From Escherichia coli (GTDB lineage Bacteria > Pseudomonadota > Gammaproteobacteria > Enterobacterales > Enterobacteriaceae): 64,000 nt of DNA. The position numbers were made by a program, and so were the translations under genes. Positions 12,192 to 22,093 of this stretch are shown in pieces. The stretch lies in assembly GCF_011045215.1 (NCBI RefSeq), contig NZ_CP049201.1; one strand, given 5' to 3'. The notes under the pieces were generated by a model that was not told the origin of the DNA, ran no database searches, and worked only from the letters and a program-made list of their open reading frames with translations. The number at the start of each line of letters is the position of its first letter. Positions within the stretch are counted from its first letter, which is position 1.

Positions 12192-12730
12192 TTGCGTAAC
12201 TCCGATAACTCGTTAAAGCGTTCCATAAACATCCCGTAGGCATGGCCCGGTGCCAGTGGAATCACGTTGAACATCTCTGTTGCCGGGATACCTTCCAGTA
12301 CAGGCCAGAAAGAGCCATCATCAAGCCCGAGATCGCGGCGTTCGGTTGCCAGCATGATGAGATCGGCATATTTCACGGGTGTACTCATAACTGGGGGTAA
12401 CCCGTATTTCTCACGGATTACGGCGTCTATTTTTTCTTCCATCCGTTTATAGTCAGGAAGAAGGCGTTTCAGTGGTGCGGGAATGTCCTGGCAATACGCT
12501 TCTGTTGCATCATGCATTAACGCTTCAAAAGCAAATTCCTGCGGCACCAGCTGGCTGCAAAGAACCGCATGTTGGGCGACGCTGTAGAAGTGCGAAAGAT
12601 GACCGGCAAAGCGACAGATATTTGAAAGGGAAACCGCGATATCGTTAATATCGATGTCGTCTTTATTTATCTTGTCATAATAAAAATGCTTCCCGGAAAA
12701 AGTTTTAATAAATGACATTTTGTTCTCCAC
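12182..12730 (-). CDS. HD-domain phosphohydrolase (YfdR-like)
   Basis: H...HD motif (HFYSVAQHAV ... LMHDATEAY). Confidence 0.5.
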   Translation of the reverse strand: MENKMSFIKTFSGKHFYYDKINKDDIDINDIAVSLSNICRFAGHLSHFYSVAQHAVLCSQLVPQEFAFEALMHDATEAYCQDIPAPLKRLLPDYKRMEEKIDAVIREKYGLPPVMSTPVKYADLIMLATERRDLGLDDGSFWPVLEGIPATEMFNVIPLAPGHAYGMFMERFNELSELRKCA

Positions 12731-12845
12731 GTATATGCACTACACCGCGCTGAATTCTGGTAAAAGGAAGCCCTCACCATCCGGTGATTATTGAGTTAAT
12801 TACGTTTCCATAAATGCCCCCGCAGGGGCATTTGCAGTAATGAAA

Positions 12846-13670
12846 TCAGGCGGTGAAAGTACCAATAAAGGTTTCTACTTTGCTGTCCTTGAATTTCTCA
12901 ACAAGCAGATCACGAAATTCGTTAGCCATTTCTTCCTGCACCGCCTCCAGCTGAATAATGCGCAGAACCAGTACCGGACGATCGCCAGTGATAATGCTGA
13001 GGCGTAATTTAAACGGACGTTCTTTCAGACCTTCAAACGGAATGCATTTAAATTCAAATGCCACTGGCATAATGTCTTTGGTCTTCGCTTCGACAGACTC
13101 CATCAGGGAGCGTTTGCCGCTGAAGTCATTATCTTCAAAATCAGCGGTCTGGTTTGCTTCAATCGTGATTTTACGGACCGCCGCAGCCGCTTTTGTTGCC
13201 TGAATGGTGTCACCATTAGCATCAAAGCCCACAAGGTAGTCGGCCCAGTCTTCAATCCATTCTGCCAGTGATTTCTGGGAGTTACGCTCGCCATTAACAG
13301 ACAACAGAGCAGAGAACGGTGCTGTCTTTTTCAGTTTGAGAGTGGCGGTGTTATCTGCGTGACCTGGTTCATCAATAGTACCCAGGTTAAGCACACTGAC
13401 GGCACGCATATTATCAGCATCGATAAAGCAGCGGGTGCCTTCATCTGCAAGATCTTTAGAATAACGGGTAAAGTCATCGATGCTGGCAGTGGAAAGCGCA
13501 CCACGGAAACGGAAGCGATTTAAATTAAATTTTTCCAGATCATGAATGCGGAAATTCTCAGGCAATGCCACAGCATCGGCACCAATCTTACTGATAATTT
13601 CATTAACACCCTGAGCAGAAATAAGGGCATGGATTTGATTAATTGCGGTTGCGTCTAAGTTCTGAGACAT
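12846..13670 (-). CDS. Phage protein, YfdQ-like (DUF)
   Basis: 274 aa ORF; size and neighbourhood resemble recalled CPS-53 yfdP-yfdQ-yfdR block. Confidence 0.4.
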   Translation of the reverse strand: MSQNLDATAINQIHALISAQGVNEIISKIGADAVALPENFRIHDLEKFNLNRFRFRGALSTASIDDFTRYSKDLADEGTRCFIDADNMRAVSVLNLGTIDEPGHADNTATLKLKKTAPFSALLSVNGERNSQKSLAEWIEDWADYLVGFDANGDTIQATKAAAAVRKITIEANQTADFEDNDFSGKRSLMESVEAKTKDIMPVAFEFKCIPFEGLKERPFKLRLSIITGDRPVLVLRIIQLEAVQEEMANEFRDLLVEKFKDSKVETFIGTFTA

Positions 13671-13735
13671 AATAAGTCCTCACTATATAAAGATATTCAG
13701 TGATGAGATAAATAATCAGTTTATTACGAACGATA

Positions 13736-14098
13736 TTAACGACCTGCTGCGCGGAGTTTTCCGTCAGGTTCACCGGCAAGAGTCAGTAATTGTCCCTGGT
13801 CTTCCTGCAGAATAGTCAGGCGACCACCGCGATTGACATACATCGGCGTTTCGGTGGTGTCTTCTTCGGAAATTTTCCCGCGGTTAGTTGGGCGAACATA
13901 TGAGAGTTTGTGTTTGATTTTCACACGGTTCTCATCAAACGGTTCGATTTCCAGATTGAGTGAGACCTTCCCTTTGGTTTTCGTGTTCATCACACCGGAA
14001 GCGACCTCACTGAGAACTGCGCCGATTTTGGTTTCAAATACGCCGCCGTCCAGCTCCCCGATAAATGCCTGCACATCAGTACTGCGTTCGCTAGCCAT
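13736..14098 (-). CDS. Phage protein, YfdP-like
   Basis: Start placed at MASERSTD with GAGGAG RBS; ORF track extends upstream. Confidence 0.4.
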   Translation of the reverse strand: MASERSTDVQAFIGELDGGVFETKIGAVLSEVASGVMNTKTKGKVSLNLEIEPFDENRVKIKHKLSYVRPTNRGKISEEDTTETPMYVNRGGRLTILQEDQGQLLTLAGEPDGKLRAAGR

Positions 14099-14536
14099 TT
14101 TGCTGCTCCTCATCATATCGACCCTGCAAGGTCGGTTGGTTTCTCCACAAAACAGAGAAGAACACCTGCGGTGGCAGCCGCCCGGATGGATTGGGTTATG
14201 AGCCCGTCGTCCGGTGATGCTCTTCTCTGTTTTGCAAAAAAGGACGGTACCAGCCGGAAGCAAGGGTACAAACTGGTACCGCCAGGACTACACACAGCAT
14301 AAAGTTGTGGTGCCGGGTGCCTCCCGGTGCCTGGCGAAGGTTGCACACCAGGCGGGTGGGTATCCACAGAAGGTCGACTGTCAGCCTCAACCTTAACCCG
14401 CGTGCGCTGAGCCGCATTCACCACAACGCTAAGGATTCTCTTTGGTTGAAAATACTTAGCTGTTATGTGCCTGTCTTTTCACCACTTCAGGCTCGGTGGT
14501 ATCCTTTTAAGCCCGTATACATAAAAGGAAAATCAA

Positions 14537-14782
14537 ATGACTTTTGATGAAAAAGAACTTGATAATGCAATTAATAAAATCATCGTAACGTCGCTCTTTT
14601 CCTGTCTCAGCGACACTCAGCAGAAACAGTTCTACGAATCGGCTTTCAACATGATCGAGCGTTGTTGTTTCTGCGATGCCGACGAGTTACCTGAAAAAAT
14701 CAGGAAACAGTTGGCTGATGCTCTTCGAGTGCGACTTTCTGACCAATTTTCTGAAATGTGCTCTCCGAATTTGGACAAATAG
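14537..14782 (+). CDS. Hypothetical small protein
   Basis: 81 aa ORF with AAAAGGAAAA RBS-like sequence. Confidence 0.35.
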   Translation: MTFDEKELDNAINKIIVTSLFSCLSDTQQKQFYESAFNMIERCCFCDADELPEKIRKQLADALRVRLSDQFSEMCSPNLDK

Positions 14783-14975
14783 AAAAAGGCCATTTCCATT
14801 CAGGGTCTGATGGAAATACTTCAGCCTGTTCCAAAGCACGGCGTAAAGAGAACACAACTCCAGCCATAATCTGATGTTTCCCATTGGTCCAGCTATCGCC
14901 GCTCTGATCTACAGGGGCGGCTATGTCGTATGACCAAACGACTTCACAGTTATTGTTTAAAATCTGGACTTTCAT
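14700..14975 (-). CDS. Hypothetical small protein
   Basis: ORF convergent with previous; start uncertain. Confidence 0.25.
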   Translation of the reverse strand: MKVQILNNNCEVVWSYDIAAPVDQSGDSWTNGKHQIMAGVVFSLRRALEQAEVFPSDPEWKWPFSICPNSESTFQKIGQKVALEEHQPTVS

Positions 14976-15123
14976 TTCATACACCTGCTTTAACATGAGT
15001 GCCTAGTGGCACAACATGACTCAACGAATCATCCTGGATTTCATATGCCCCAGGCGGCTACTTCGTGGGCGTCCTGCCTGTTCGTTGTTTCTTTTGGGTA
15101 CATTATGTATCTCAAAGGTACAT

Positions 15124-15146
15124 TGTCAAGTATAAAAAAACCTGCC
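15124..15146 (-). terminator. Terminator downstream of cI-like repressor gene
   Basis: Stem AACCTGC-cgaa-GCAGGTT followed by T-run on minus strand. Confidence 0.45.
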
Positions 15147-15168
15147 GAAGCAGGTTCATAAACATTGA

Positions 15169-15843
15169 TTAGGCTTTGATTTTGTATCTTCTTGGTTTTC
15201 CTGAGAAAATCACTGTACCAATTATAGAGCAATTACCGTTGATCTTAATGTAAGGCTCAGGCCAGTTTGGGTTTAACGCTTTGAGATAACGCTGTGTCCC
15301 ATCTTCTATCAACCTTTTGAAGGTGGTTTCGCCTGTATCGTGCATCAATGCAATAACGTCGTCACCGTGGCAGGCAGGTACTTCAGGATCGACAAAAATC
15401 ATGTCTCCCGGGCGGTACTCATCAATCATTGAATCACCTATCACCCGCAAGATATAAGTCATTTCCCCACAGGGTACAGGGCAGGGATACGTTTCTGCTG
15501 TGCTCAAATCAACCTCAGAATATCCAACTTCTTTCCATGCTCCGGCCTGTACCCATGATATGACAGGGACTAATGTGATTTGTTTATTAGTGATTGAAAC
15601 ATCAGGTTTTTTTGTGATGTTCGTTGTCTGGTGTTCTTGATCGAGCCATCCGACAGGCAGGTCGAAACATTTTTCGATGTGTCGTGCCATGCTGTCACCG
15701 ATATTTTTAGTAGCACCATCTCCCATAAACCTGCTGGTCTGGGTTGGCTCGCGATCAATCATAGTGGCAAAGGAAGAATTCCCGCCAACACCATCTCTCA
15801 GTTTTCTGGCGTTAGACCGCCGGATGTCATGGATTGTTTTCAT
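15169..15843 (-). CDS. CI-like repressor (HTH plus LexA-like S24 autopeptidase domain)
   Basis: N-terminal HTH-like region and C-terminal S24-like region; divergent from cro-like gene. Confidence 0.75.
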   Translation of the reverse strand: MKTIHDIRRSNARKLRDGVGGNSSFATMIDREPTQTSRFMGDGATKNIGDSMARHIEKCFDLPVGWLDQEHQTTNITKKPDVSITNKQITLVPVISWVQAGAWKEVGYSEVDLSTAETYPCPVPCGEMTYILRVIGDSMIDEYRPGDMIFVDPEVPACHGDDVIALMHDTGETTFKRLIEDGTQRYLKALNPNWPEPYIKINGNCSIIGTVIFSGKPRRYKIKA

Positions 15844-15858
15844 AACGAAATTAAAACC

Positions 15859-15928
15859 CTTGTACCGTTAAGGTACAAGTATCTTGAAGGTTCATTTCAA
15901 TCATGTAATATGTACACCGGAGGTACAT
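15859..15928. promoter_or_regulatory. Immunity-region operators with GTAC-core palindromes
   Basis: CTTGTACCgttaaGGTACAAG and ATGTACaccggagGTACAT between divergent cI and cro. Confidence 0.55.
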
Positions 15929-15933
15929 ATTGT

Positions 15934-16134
15934 ATGAAAGCGTATTGGGACTCTTTAACCAAAGAACAGCAGGGCGAGTTGGCCGGAAAAGTTGGCTCAA
16001 CACCTGGCTACTTACGGCTGGTTTTCAATGGCTATAAAAAAGCCAGTTTTGTGCTGGCTAAAAAACTTGAGCAATGCACGTCAGGTGCAATTACGAAATC
16101 TGACTTAAGACCGGATATCTATCCGAAAGATTAG
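15934..16134 (+). CDS. Cro-like regulator
   Basis: 66 aa ORF divergent from repressor with good RBS; ORF track begins further upstream. Confidence 0.55.
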   Translation: MKAYWDSLTKEQQGELAGKVGSTPGYLRLVFNGYKKASFVLAKKLEQCTSGAITKSDLRPDIYPKD

Positions 16135-16165
16135 CAGAACACTTTCAATTTTTAACCACAGAACG

Positions 16166-16729
16166 ATGAGGCTAACCGTGGGTAAGCATCACTGGAAAAT
16201 AGAAAAACAGCCTGAGTGGTACGTGAAAGCTGTCAGAAAAACTATCGCGGCGTTGCCGGGTGGTTACGCTGAAGCGGCTGACTGGCTCGATGTAACAGAA
16301 AACGCTTTATTCAACCGCCTTCGTGCAGATGGCGATCAGATTTTCCCGCTGGGATGGGCAATGGTTTTACAGCGTGCTGGTGGCACTCACTTCATTGCTG
16401 ATGCTGTGGCGCAGTCTGCAAATGGCGTCTTTGTGTCTCTTCCTGACGTCGAGGATGTGGACAACGCCGATATCAACCAACGCCTGCTGGAAGTCATTGA
16501 ACAGATCGGCAGTTATTCAAAACAGATTCGTTCAGCAATTGAAGACGGTGTAGTGGAACCGCATGAGAAGACAGCAATTAACGACGAGCTGTACCTCTCA
16601 ATTTCGAAGCTGCAGGAGCATGCAGCACTGGTCTACAAAATTTTTTGCATTTCAGAAAGTAATGACGCCCGCGAGTGTGCAGCTCCGGGCGCCGTGGCGT
16701 GTCGTGACTGTGGAGAAACTAACGCATGA
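16166..16729 (+). CDS. Putative CII-like regulatory protein
   Basis: Position after cro; family assignment tentative. Confidence 0.35.
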   Translation: MRLTVGKHHWKIEKQPEWYVKAVRKTIAALPGGYAEAADWLDVTENALFNRLRADGDQIFPLGWAMVLQRAGGTHFIADAVAQSANGVFVSLPDVEDVDNADINQRLLEVIEQIGSYSKQIRSAIEDGVVEPHEKTAINDELYLSISKLQEHAALVYKIFCISESNDARECAAPGAVACRDCGETNA

Positions 16730-17064
16730 ACAGTTTAACAACACACTACCGTCGCTCGCAACTGATTGCGCTTCCTGTACCGGGTGGAAAAGCGAAGGTG
16801 GAGTATTGCTATGCAGTAAATGTACCAGGTGACAGGGAAATTGTAACCCACAGCTTTGCAGAGTGGGCTGTGGGTGATTTCAACCGGCAGAAGGAGACAG
16901 TCCTTTGCGACAAGTTAACCGCTGGTTCAAAGATCACTACGGAGTGCCCGTCAGAGTCATTCGTTGGGAGCCGGAAACACAACGTGTTATCTACCTCCGC
17001 GAAGGCTATGAGCATGAGTGCTTCAGCCCGCTCGAACAGTTTCGTCGTAAATTCAGGGAAATAG
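16726..17064 (+). CDS. Hypothetical phage protein
   Basis: 112 aa ORF with overlapping start. Confidence 0.35.
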   Translation: MNSLTTHYRRSQLIALPVPGGKAKVEYCYAVNVPGDREIVTHSFAEWAVGDFNRQKETVLCDKLTAGSKITTECPSESFVGSRKHNVLSTSAKAMSMSASARSNSFVVNSGK

Positions 17065-17073
17065 AGGTCGGTC

Positions 17074-18015
17074 ATGAGCACTAAATTAACCGGCTATGTA
17101 TGGGATGGTTGCGCTGCATCAGGCATGAAATTATCCAGCGTGGCAATTATGGCCCGCCTGGCTGATTTCAGTAATGACGAAGGTGTGTGCTGGCCATCAA
17201 TTGAAACCATTGCCCGCCAGATTGGCGCGGGAATGAGTACCGTCAGAACGGCTATCGCACGGCTGGAAGCAGAAGGCTGGTTAACGCGTAAGGCGCGTCG
17301 CCAGGGTAACCGCAATGCGTCGAATGTTTATCAGCTTAACGTTGCGAAGCTTCAGGCAGCGGCATTTTCTCAACTGTCAGATTCTGACCCGTCAAAATCT
17401 GACGCATCAAAATCTGACCCGTCAAAATTTGATGCGTCGAAATCTGGCAAAAAAGCGGGTTTTCACCCGTCAGAATCTGGCGGGGATCCGTCAGTAAAAT
17501 CAAAACATGATCCGTCAGATAAAAAAACTTCTCGTCCGGACGCTTCGCAACCGGACACGCAGACGGCTGAACAGGAGTTTTTAACTCGCCATCCTGATGC
17601 GGTTGTATTCAGCCCTAAAAAGCGCCAGTGGGGAACGCAGGATGATTTGACCTGCGCACAGTGGCTCTGGAAAAAAATCATCGCCCTGTACGAGCAGGCC
17701 GCCGAATGTGACGGCGAGGTGGTTCGTCCCAAAGAACCGAACTGGACAGCCTGGGCAAACGAAATTCGCCTGATGTGTGTGCAGGATGGTCGTACTCATA
17801 AACAAATCTGCGAGATGTACAGCCGCGTCAGTCGCGATCCGTTCTGGTGCCGTAACGTGCTCAGCCCGTCGAAGCTGCGGGAAAAATGGGATGAGCTTTC
17901 CCTGCGCTTATCGCCGTCCGTCAGCACGTACACCGAAAAACGCGAAGACCCGTACTTCAAAGCCAGTTACGACAACGTGGACTACAGCCAGATCCCGGCA
18001 GGATTCAGGGGGTGA
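17074..18015 (+). CDS. Replication initiation protein (lambda O-like)
   Basis: N-terminal HTH region, internal low-complexity repeats encoded by iteron DNA. Confidence 0.55.
   Translation: MSTKLTGYVWDGCAASGMKLSSVAIMARLADFSNDEGVCWPSIETIARQIGAGMSTVRTAIARLEAEGWLTRKARRQGNRNASNVYQLNVAKLQAAAFSQLSDSDPSKSDASKSDPSKFDASKSGKKAGFHPSESGGDPSVKSKHDPSDKKTSRPDASQPDTQTAEQEFLTRHPDAVVFSPKKRQWGTQDDLTCAQWLWKKIIALYEQAAECDGEVVRPKEPNWTAWANEIRLMCVQDGRTHKQICEMYSRVSRDPFWCRNVLSPSKLREKWDELSLRLSPSVSTYTEKREDPYFKASYDNVDYSQIPAGFRG
17377..17520. repeat. Putative phage replication origin iterons inside O-like gene
   Basis: Repeated TCAAAATCTGAC / CCGTCAGAATCTG units followed by A-rich tract. Confidence 0.5.
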
Positions 18016-18506
18016 GCATGAGTCTTTTGAATGACGTTCAGAAATTCATTGAAGCCCATCCGGGCTGTACTTCCGGAGATATTGCGGATGCTTTTGCCGG
18101 TTACTCACGGCAGCGCGTTCTGCAGTCAGCAAGCAAGTTACGTCAGAGTGGGCGTGTGGCTCACCGTTGTGAAGGAGATACACGCAGACATTTCCCGCGC
18201 CTGACTGAGAGAGCGCAGGAACCGGAACCACAACCAGTTCGTGAAACCAGACCTGTGCGCAATTTCTATGTCGGCACTAACGATCCCCGTGTGATTTTGT
18301 GCCTGACCCGCCAGGCGGAAGAACTGGAGTCCAGGGGCTTATACCGTCGTGCTGCAACCGTGTGGATGGCGGCATTCCGTGAAAGCCACTCCCAGCCAGA
18401 ACGAAACAATTTTCTGGCGCGTCGTGAGCGGTGCTTACGGAAAAGCAGCAAGCGCGCTGCATCGGGTGAAGAGTGGTATCTGTCAGGGAATTACGTGGGG
18501 GCTTAA
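18012..18506 (+). CDS. Hypothetical phage protein (possible PerC-like C-terminal region)
   Basis: 164 aa ORF; weak motif resemblance only. Confidence 0.35.
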   Translation: MSMSLLNDVQKFIEAHPGCTSGDIADAFAGYSRQRVLQSASKLRQSGRVAHRCEGDTRRHFPRLTERAQEPEPQPVRETRPVRNFYVGTNDPRVILCLTRQAEELESRGLYRRAATVWMAAFRESHSQPERNNFLARRERCLRKSSKRAASGEEWYLSGNYVGA

Positions 18507-19159
18507 TGAGTAATAAATATTGCCAGGCGCTGGTGGAACTGCGGAACAAACCAGCCCATGAACTGAAGGAAGTGGGCGATCAGTGGCGCACGCCGGACAA
18601 CATTTTCTGGGGAATTAACACCCTGTTTGGCCCGTTTGTTCTGGATCTGTTCACTGACGGTGATAACGCCAAATGTGCCGCGTATTACACGGCGGAAGAC
18701 AACGCGCTGGCGCATGACTGGTCAGAACGTCTTGCGGAGCTTAAAGGTGCTGCCTTTGGTAATCCCCCATACAGCCGCGCCAGTCAGCATGAGGGGCAAT
18801 ACATCACCGGCATGCGTTACATCATGAAACATGCCAGTGCCATGCGTGATAAGGGCGGGCGCTATGTTTTCCTGATCAAAGCTGCCACCAGCGAAGTGTG
18901 GTGGCCGGAAGATGCAGATCATATTGCTTTTATTCGCGGGCGTATTGGTTTTGAACTGCCTGTCTGGTTTATCCCGAAAGACGAGAAGCAGGTACCGACA
19001 GGAGCTTTTTTCGCTGGTGCTATTGCTGTTTTTGACAAGACCTGGAAGGGACCGGCAATCAGCTACATCGGGCGCGATGAACTTGAGGCATGTGGTGAGG
19101 CGTTTCTGGCGCAGGTTCGCCAGCAGGCGGAAAAACTGGTCAGGGAGATGGCGGCATGA
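18506..19159 (+). CDS. Phage DNA N6-adenine methyltransferase (Dam-like)
   Basis: NPPY motif (FGNPPYS); TAATG start overlap with previous gene. Confidence 0.7.
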   Translation: MSNKYCQALVELRNKPAHELKEVGDQWRTPDNIFWGINTLFGPFVLDLFTDGDNAKCAAYYTAEDNALAHDWSERLAELKGAAFGNPPYSRASQHEGQYITGMRYIMKHASAMRDKGGRYVFLIKAATSEVWWPEDADHIAFIRGRIGFELPVWFIPKDEKQVPTGAFFAGAIAVFDKTWKGPAISYIGRDELEACGEAFLAQVRQQAEKLVREMAA

Positions 19160-19482
19160 CGACGTTAACTCAATGCCAGCAGCAGGTGCTGGATATGCTG
19201 ATTTCTTATCAGAAAGAACGTGGCTTCCCGCCAACCAATCAGGAGGTGGCAACCATGCTGGGATACCGTTCGGTGAATGCAGCGGTGGAGCATCTTCGCG
19301 CACTGGAGAAAAAAGGCGTCATCACGATAAAGCGTGGCGTGGCCCGGGGGATAACGCTTCATACCGCGGTGAAGGACGACGACAGCGAGGCGGTCGGGAT
19401 TATCCGCGCACTGCTTGCCGGTGAGGAAAACGCAAGGCTGCGTGCAACCCACTGGTTACATGAGAGGGACCTGAAAGTATGA
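19156..19482 (+). CDS. LexA DNA-binding-domain-like protein
   Basis: N-terminal winged-helix-like region without peptidase domain. Confidence 0.4.
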   Translation: MTTLTQCQQQVLDMLISYQKERGFPPTNQEVATMLGYRSVNAAVEHLRALEKKGVITIKRGVARGITLHTAVKDDDSEAVGIIRALLAGEENARLRATHWLHERDLKV

Positions 19483-19868
19483 AGCTGATCCTGCCTTTTC
19501 CGCCCAGCGTGAACACGTACTGGCGACACCCCAACAAAGGGGCGTTTGCTGGTAAGAGCCTGATAAGCGCGGCGGGGCGAAAATTCCAGAGCGCGGCGTG
19601 CGCAGCAATAGTTGAGCAGTTACGTCGTCTGCCGAAACCAACGTCGGCACCTGCTTCAGTGGAGATCGTGTTGTTTCCTCCGGATAACCGGATCCGCGAT
19701 CTGGACAACTATAACAAGGCGCTGTTTGACGCCCTGACCCACGCGGGTGTGTGGGAAGACGACAGTCAGGTGAAAAGAATGCTGGTGGAGTGGGGGCCGG
19801 TTATCCCGGAAGGGAAGGTCGAGATCACTATCAGTAAGTACGAGAAAACGGCGGGTGCAGCCGCCTGA
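19479..19868 (+). CDS. rusA: Holliday junction resolvase RusA
   Basis: 129 aa ORF with RusA-like sequence; typical nin-region position. Confidence 0.65.
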   Translation: MKLILPFPPSVNTYWRHPNKGAFAGKSLISAAGRKFQSAACAAIVEQLRRLPKPTSAPASVEIVLFPPDNRIRDLDNYNKALFDALTHAGVWEDDSQVKRMLVEWGPVIPEGKVEITISKYEKTAGAAA

Positions 19869-19887
19869 TTAAGAGGAGAAACGAAGT

Positions 19888-20685
19888 ATGAATAATCTGA
19901 TGGTCATTGATGGTATTGAAGTTCGTCGTGATGCTTATGGGCGTTACAGCCTGAACGATCTGCACAGGGCTGCCGGTTCTCAGGATAAGCATAAGCCTGC
20001 ATTCTGGCTCCGCAATGAGCAAACCGAACGTTTAATAAGCGAGTTGCAGATTTGCAACTCGGTCAATATAGAGCCAGTTAACGTTAGTCGTGGCGGAAAT
20101 AACCAGGGGACGTATGTCTGCAAAGAACTGGTGTATGCCTATGCAATGTGGATCAGCCCGTCATTCCATCTGAAGGTGATCCGTACTTTCGATATGGTAA
20201 CCAGCGCACCGGAAAAATTATCCGGGCAGGCTGCTGACAAGATGCAGGCTGGCGTGATTCTGCTGGACTTTATGCGCCGGGAGTTAAACCTGTCTAACTC
20301 ATCTGTGCTTGGGGCCTGTCAGAAACTCCAGGAGGCTGTTGGCTTACCGAATCTGGCACCACGCTATGCCATTGATGCTCCTGCTGACGCGCCTGATGGC
20401 TCAAGTCGCCCTACGCTGTCGCTGAGTGCACTGCTGAAACAGTATGGTATCCGCCTGACAGCTAATCAGGCATATCACCAGATGGCGAAGCTGGGGATCG
20501 TTGAACAACGCGAACGATACAGCCGTACCGCGATTAACAACATCAAAAAATTCTGGTCGCTGACGGCGAAAGGCTGCATGTTCGGCAAGAACATTACCAG
20601 TCCTGCAAATCCGCGCGAGACGCAGCCGCATTTCTTCGAATCCCGATTCCCTGAGCTGTTAAAGCTGCTCGATACCGTTCATTGA
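19888..20685 (+). CDS. KilA-N domain protein (antirepressor-like)
   Basis: N-terminal KilA-N-like region. Confidence 0.55.
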   Translation: MNNLMVIDGIEVRRDAYGRYSLNDLHRAAGSQDKHKPAFWLRNEQTERLISELQICNSVNIEPVNVSRGGNNQGTYVCKELVYAYAMWISPSFHLKVIRTFDMVTSAPEKLSGQAADKMQAGVILLDFMRRELNLSNSSVLGACQKLQEAVGLPNLAPRYAIDAPADAPDGSSRPTLSLSALLKQYGIRLTANQAYHQMAKLGIVEQRERYSRTAINNIKKFWSLTAKGCMFGKNITSPANPRETQPHFFESRFPELLKLLDTVH

Positions 20686-20686
20686 G

Positions 20687-21682
20687 GTGACCGTGAGAGC
20701 ACTACTGACCCCTGAAATTGCCCCGCGTATGGGGATCGTATTGTTCAGACCAGGTTCAGAGCTGATGCCCCTGTTTATGCAGGGGCGTGTACTGCTGGAG
20801 CCTGAGCCGGAACGTTATTCATCTTTCGCCAGTGGTGCCGTTCCCGCGGCATCACAACCGCTGGCGGATGATCCTGCTGTTCGGGCCGTGTTCCGCAATG
20901 AGGCAGTGATCCGTCGTGCTGGTGGCGTGGAATGTCTTGAAAGCTGGTTACTTCGTGAAAAAGGCTGCCAGTGGCCTCATTCCGACTGGCACAGCGAGAA
21001 CATGACCACAATGCGACACGCTCCGGGCGCAATCCGTCTGTGCTGGCACTGTGATAACCAGCTGCGCGATCAGTTCACGGAACGGCTGGAATCAATGGCA
21101 ACGGATAACTGTGCCCGCTGGGTGTTGTCTGTTGTGCGTCGGGATCTCGGTTTTGATGATAGTCACGTTGTGACAATGCCGGAACTGTGCTGGTGGCTGA
21201 TTCGTAATGACCTGGCGGATGCCTTACCGGAAAGTGCAGCCCGTAAGGCACTGAGATTACCAAAGCCTGTTGTGCCGTCTGTCACCCGGGAAAGTGACCT
21301 TGTGCCTTCGGTTCCTGCCACCAGCATCATCCAGGATAAGGCAAAAAAGGTGCTGGCGCTGAAAGTGGATCCGGAGTCGCCGGAGTCTTTTATGTTACGC
21401 CCAAAACGTCGCCGCTGGGTTAATGAGAAGTACACGCGCTGGGTTAAGACACAGCCGTGTGCATGTTGTGGAAAGCCCGCTGATGATCCCCACCACCTGA
21501 TAGGCCACGGTCAGGGGGGAATGGGTACAAAAGCGCATGACCTCTTTGTGTTGCCTTTGTGCAGAAAGCATCACGACGAGCTGCATGCGGATACCGTGGC
21601 ATTTGAAGAGAAGTATGGCTCCCAGCTGGAGCTGATATTTCGTTTTATCGATCGTGCGCTGGCAATTGGCGTGCTGGCCTGA
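20687..21682 (+). CDS. Phage protein with C-terminal Cys/His cluster (NinG/DUF-like)
   Basis: CCGKPADDPHHLIGHG...CRKHHDELH motif; family uncertain. Confidence 0.4.
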   Translation: MTVRALLTPEIAPRMGIVLFRPGSELMPLFMQGRVLLEPEPERYSSFASGAVPAASQPLADDPAVRAVFRNEAVIRRAGGVECLESWLLREKGCQWPHSDWHSENMTTMRHAPGAIRLCWHCDNQLRDQFTERLESMATDNCARWVLSVVRRDLGFDDSHVVTMPELCWWLIRNDLADALPESAARKALRLPKPVVPSVTRESDLVPSVPATSIIQDKAKKVLALKVDPESPESFMLRPKRRRWVNEKYTRWVKTQPCACCGKPADDPHHLIGHGQGGMGTKAHDLFVLPLCRKHHDELHADTVAFEEKYGSQLELIFRFIDRALAIGVLA

Positions 21683-21696
21683 TTTGGTGGAGAAAG

Positions 21697-22065
21697 TTGA
21701 TGCGTGATATTCAGATGGTTCTTGAGCGTTGGGGAGCATGGGCGGCGAGTGATAGTTCAGGCGTTGACTATTCACCTATAGCTGCTGGGTTTAAGGGACT
21801 TCTTCCCTATACCAGCAAGAAACGCTTGGCTTGTTCGGATAGTGATGCATTAATTATTGAAGGTTGTCTTGCTCGTCTAAAGCAAAAAAGACCTTATGAG
21901 CATTCGCTTCTTGTGGCACATTATTTATACAGAATATCCAAGCGTAAGATTGCAAAGGCGCGTGGAAAGGATGAGAAATTGATACGTATAGAAATACAGC
22001 TAGCCGAAGGATTTATTGATGGCTGCCTTTCCATGCTAGATCTAACATTAGATTTGGACGTTTAA
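21697..22065 (+). CDS. Putative late-gene antiterminator (Q-like)
   Basis: 122 aa ORF immediately upstream of the lysis region. Confidence 0.45.
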   Translation: MMRDIQMVLERWGAWAASDSSGVDYSPIAAGFKGLLPYTSKKRLACSDSDALIIEGCLARLKQKRPYEHSLLVAHYLYRISKRKIAKARGKDEKLIRIEIQLAEGFIDGCLSMLDLTLDLDV

Positions 22066-22067
22066 TA

Positions 22068-22090
22068 ATACGCCCCATGCAGGGGCGTAT
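22068..22090. terminator. Hairpin between Q-like gene and convergent KAP NTPase gene
   Basis: Perfect 9-bp stem ATACGCCCC-atgca-GGGGCGTAT. Confidence 0.55.
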
Positions 22091-22093
22091 TAT

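Noticed and set aside
21697-22065. Calling this ORF Q with high confidence
   Set aside because: Assignment rests on position and size only; no qut site or pR-prime was positively identified, so it is kept at low confidence.
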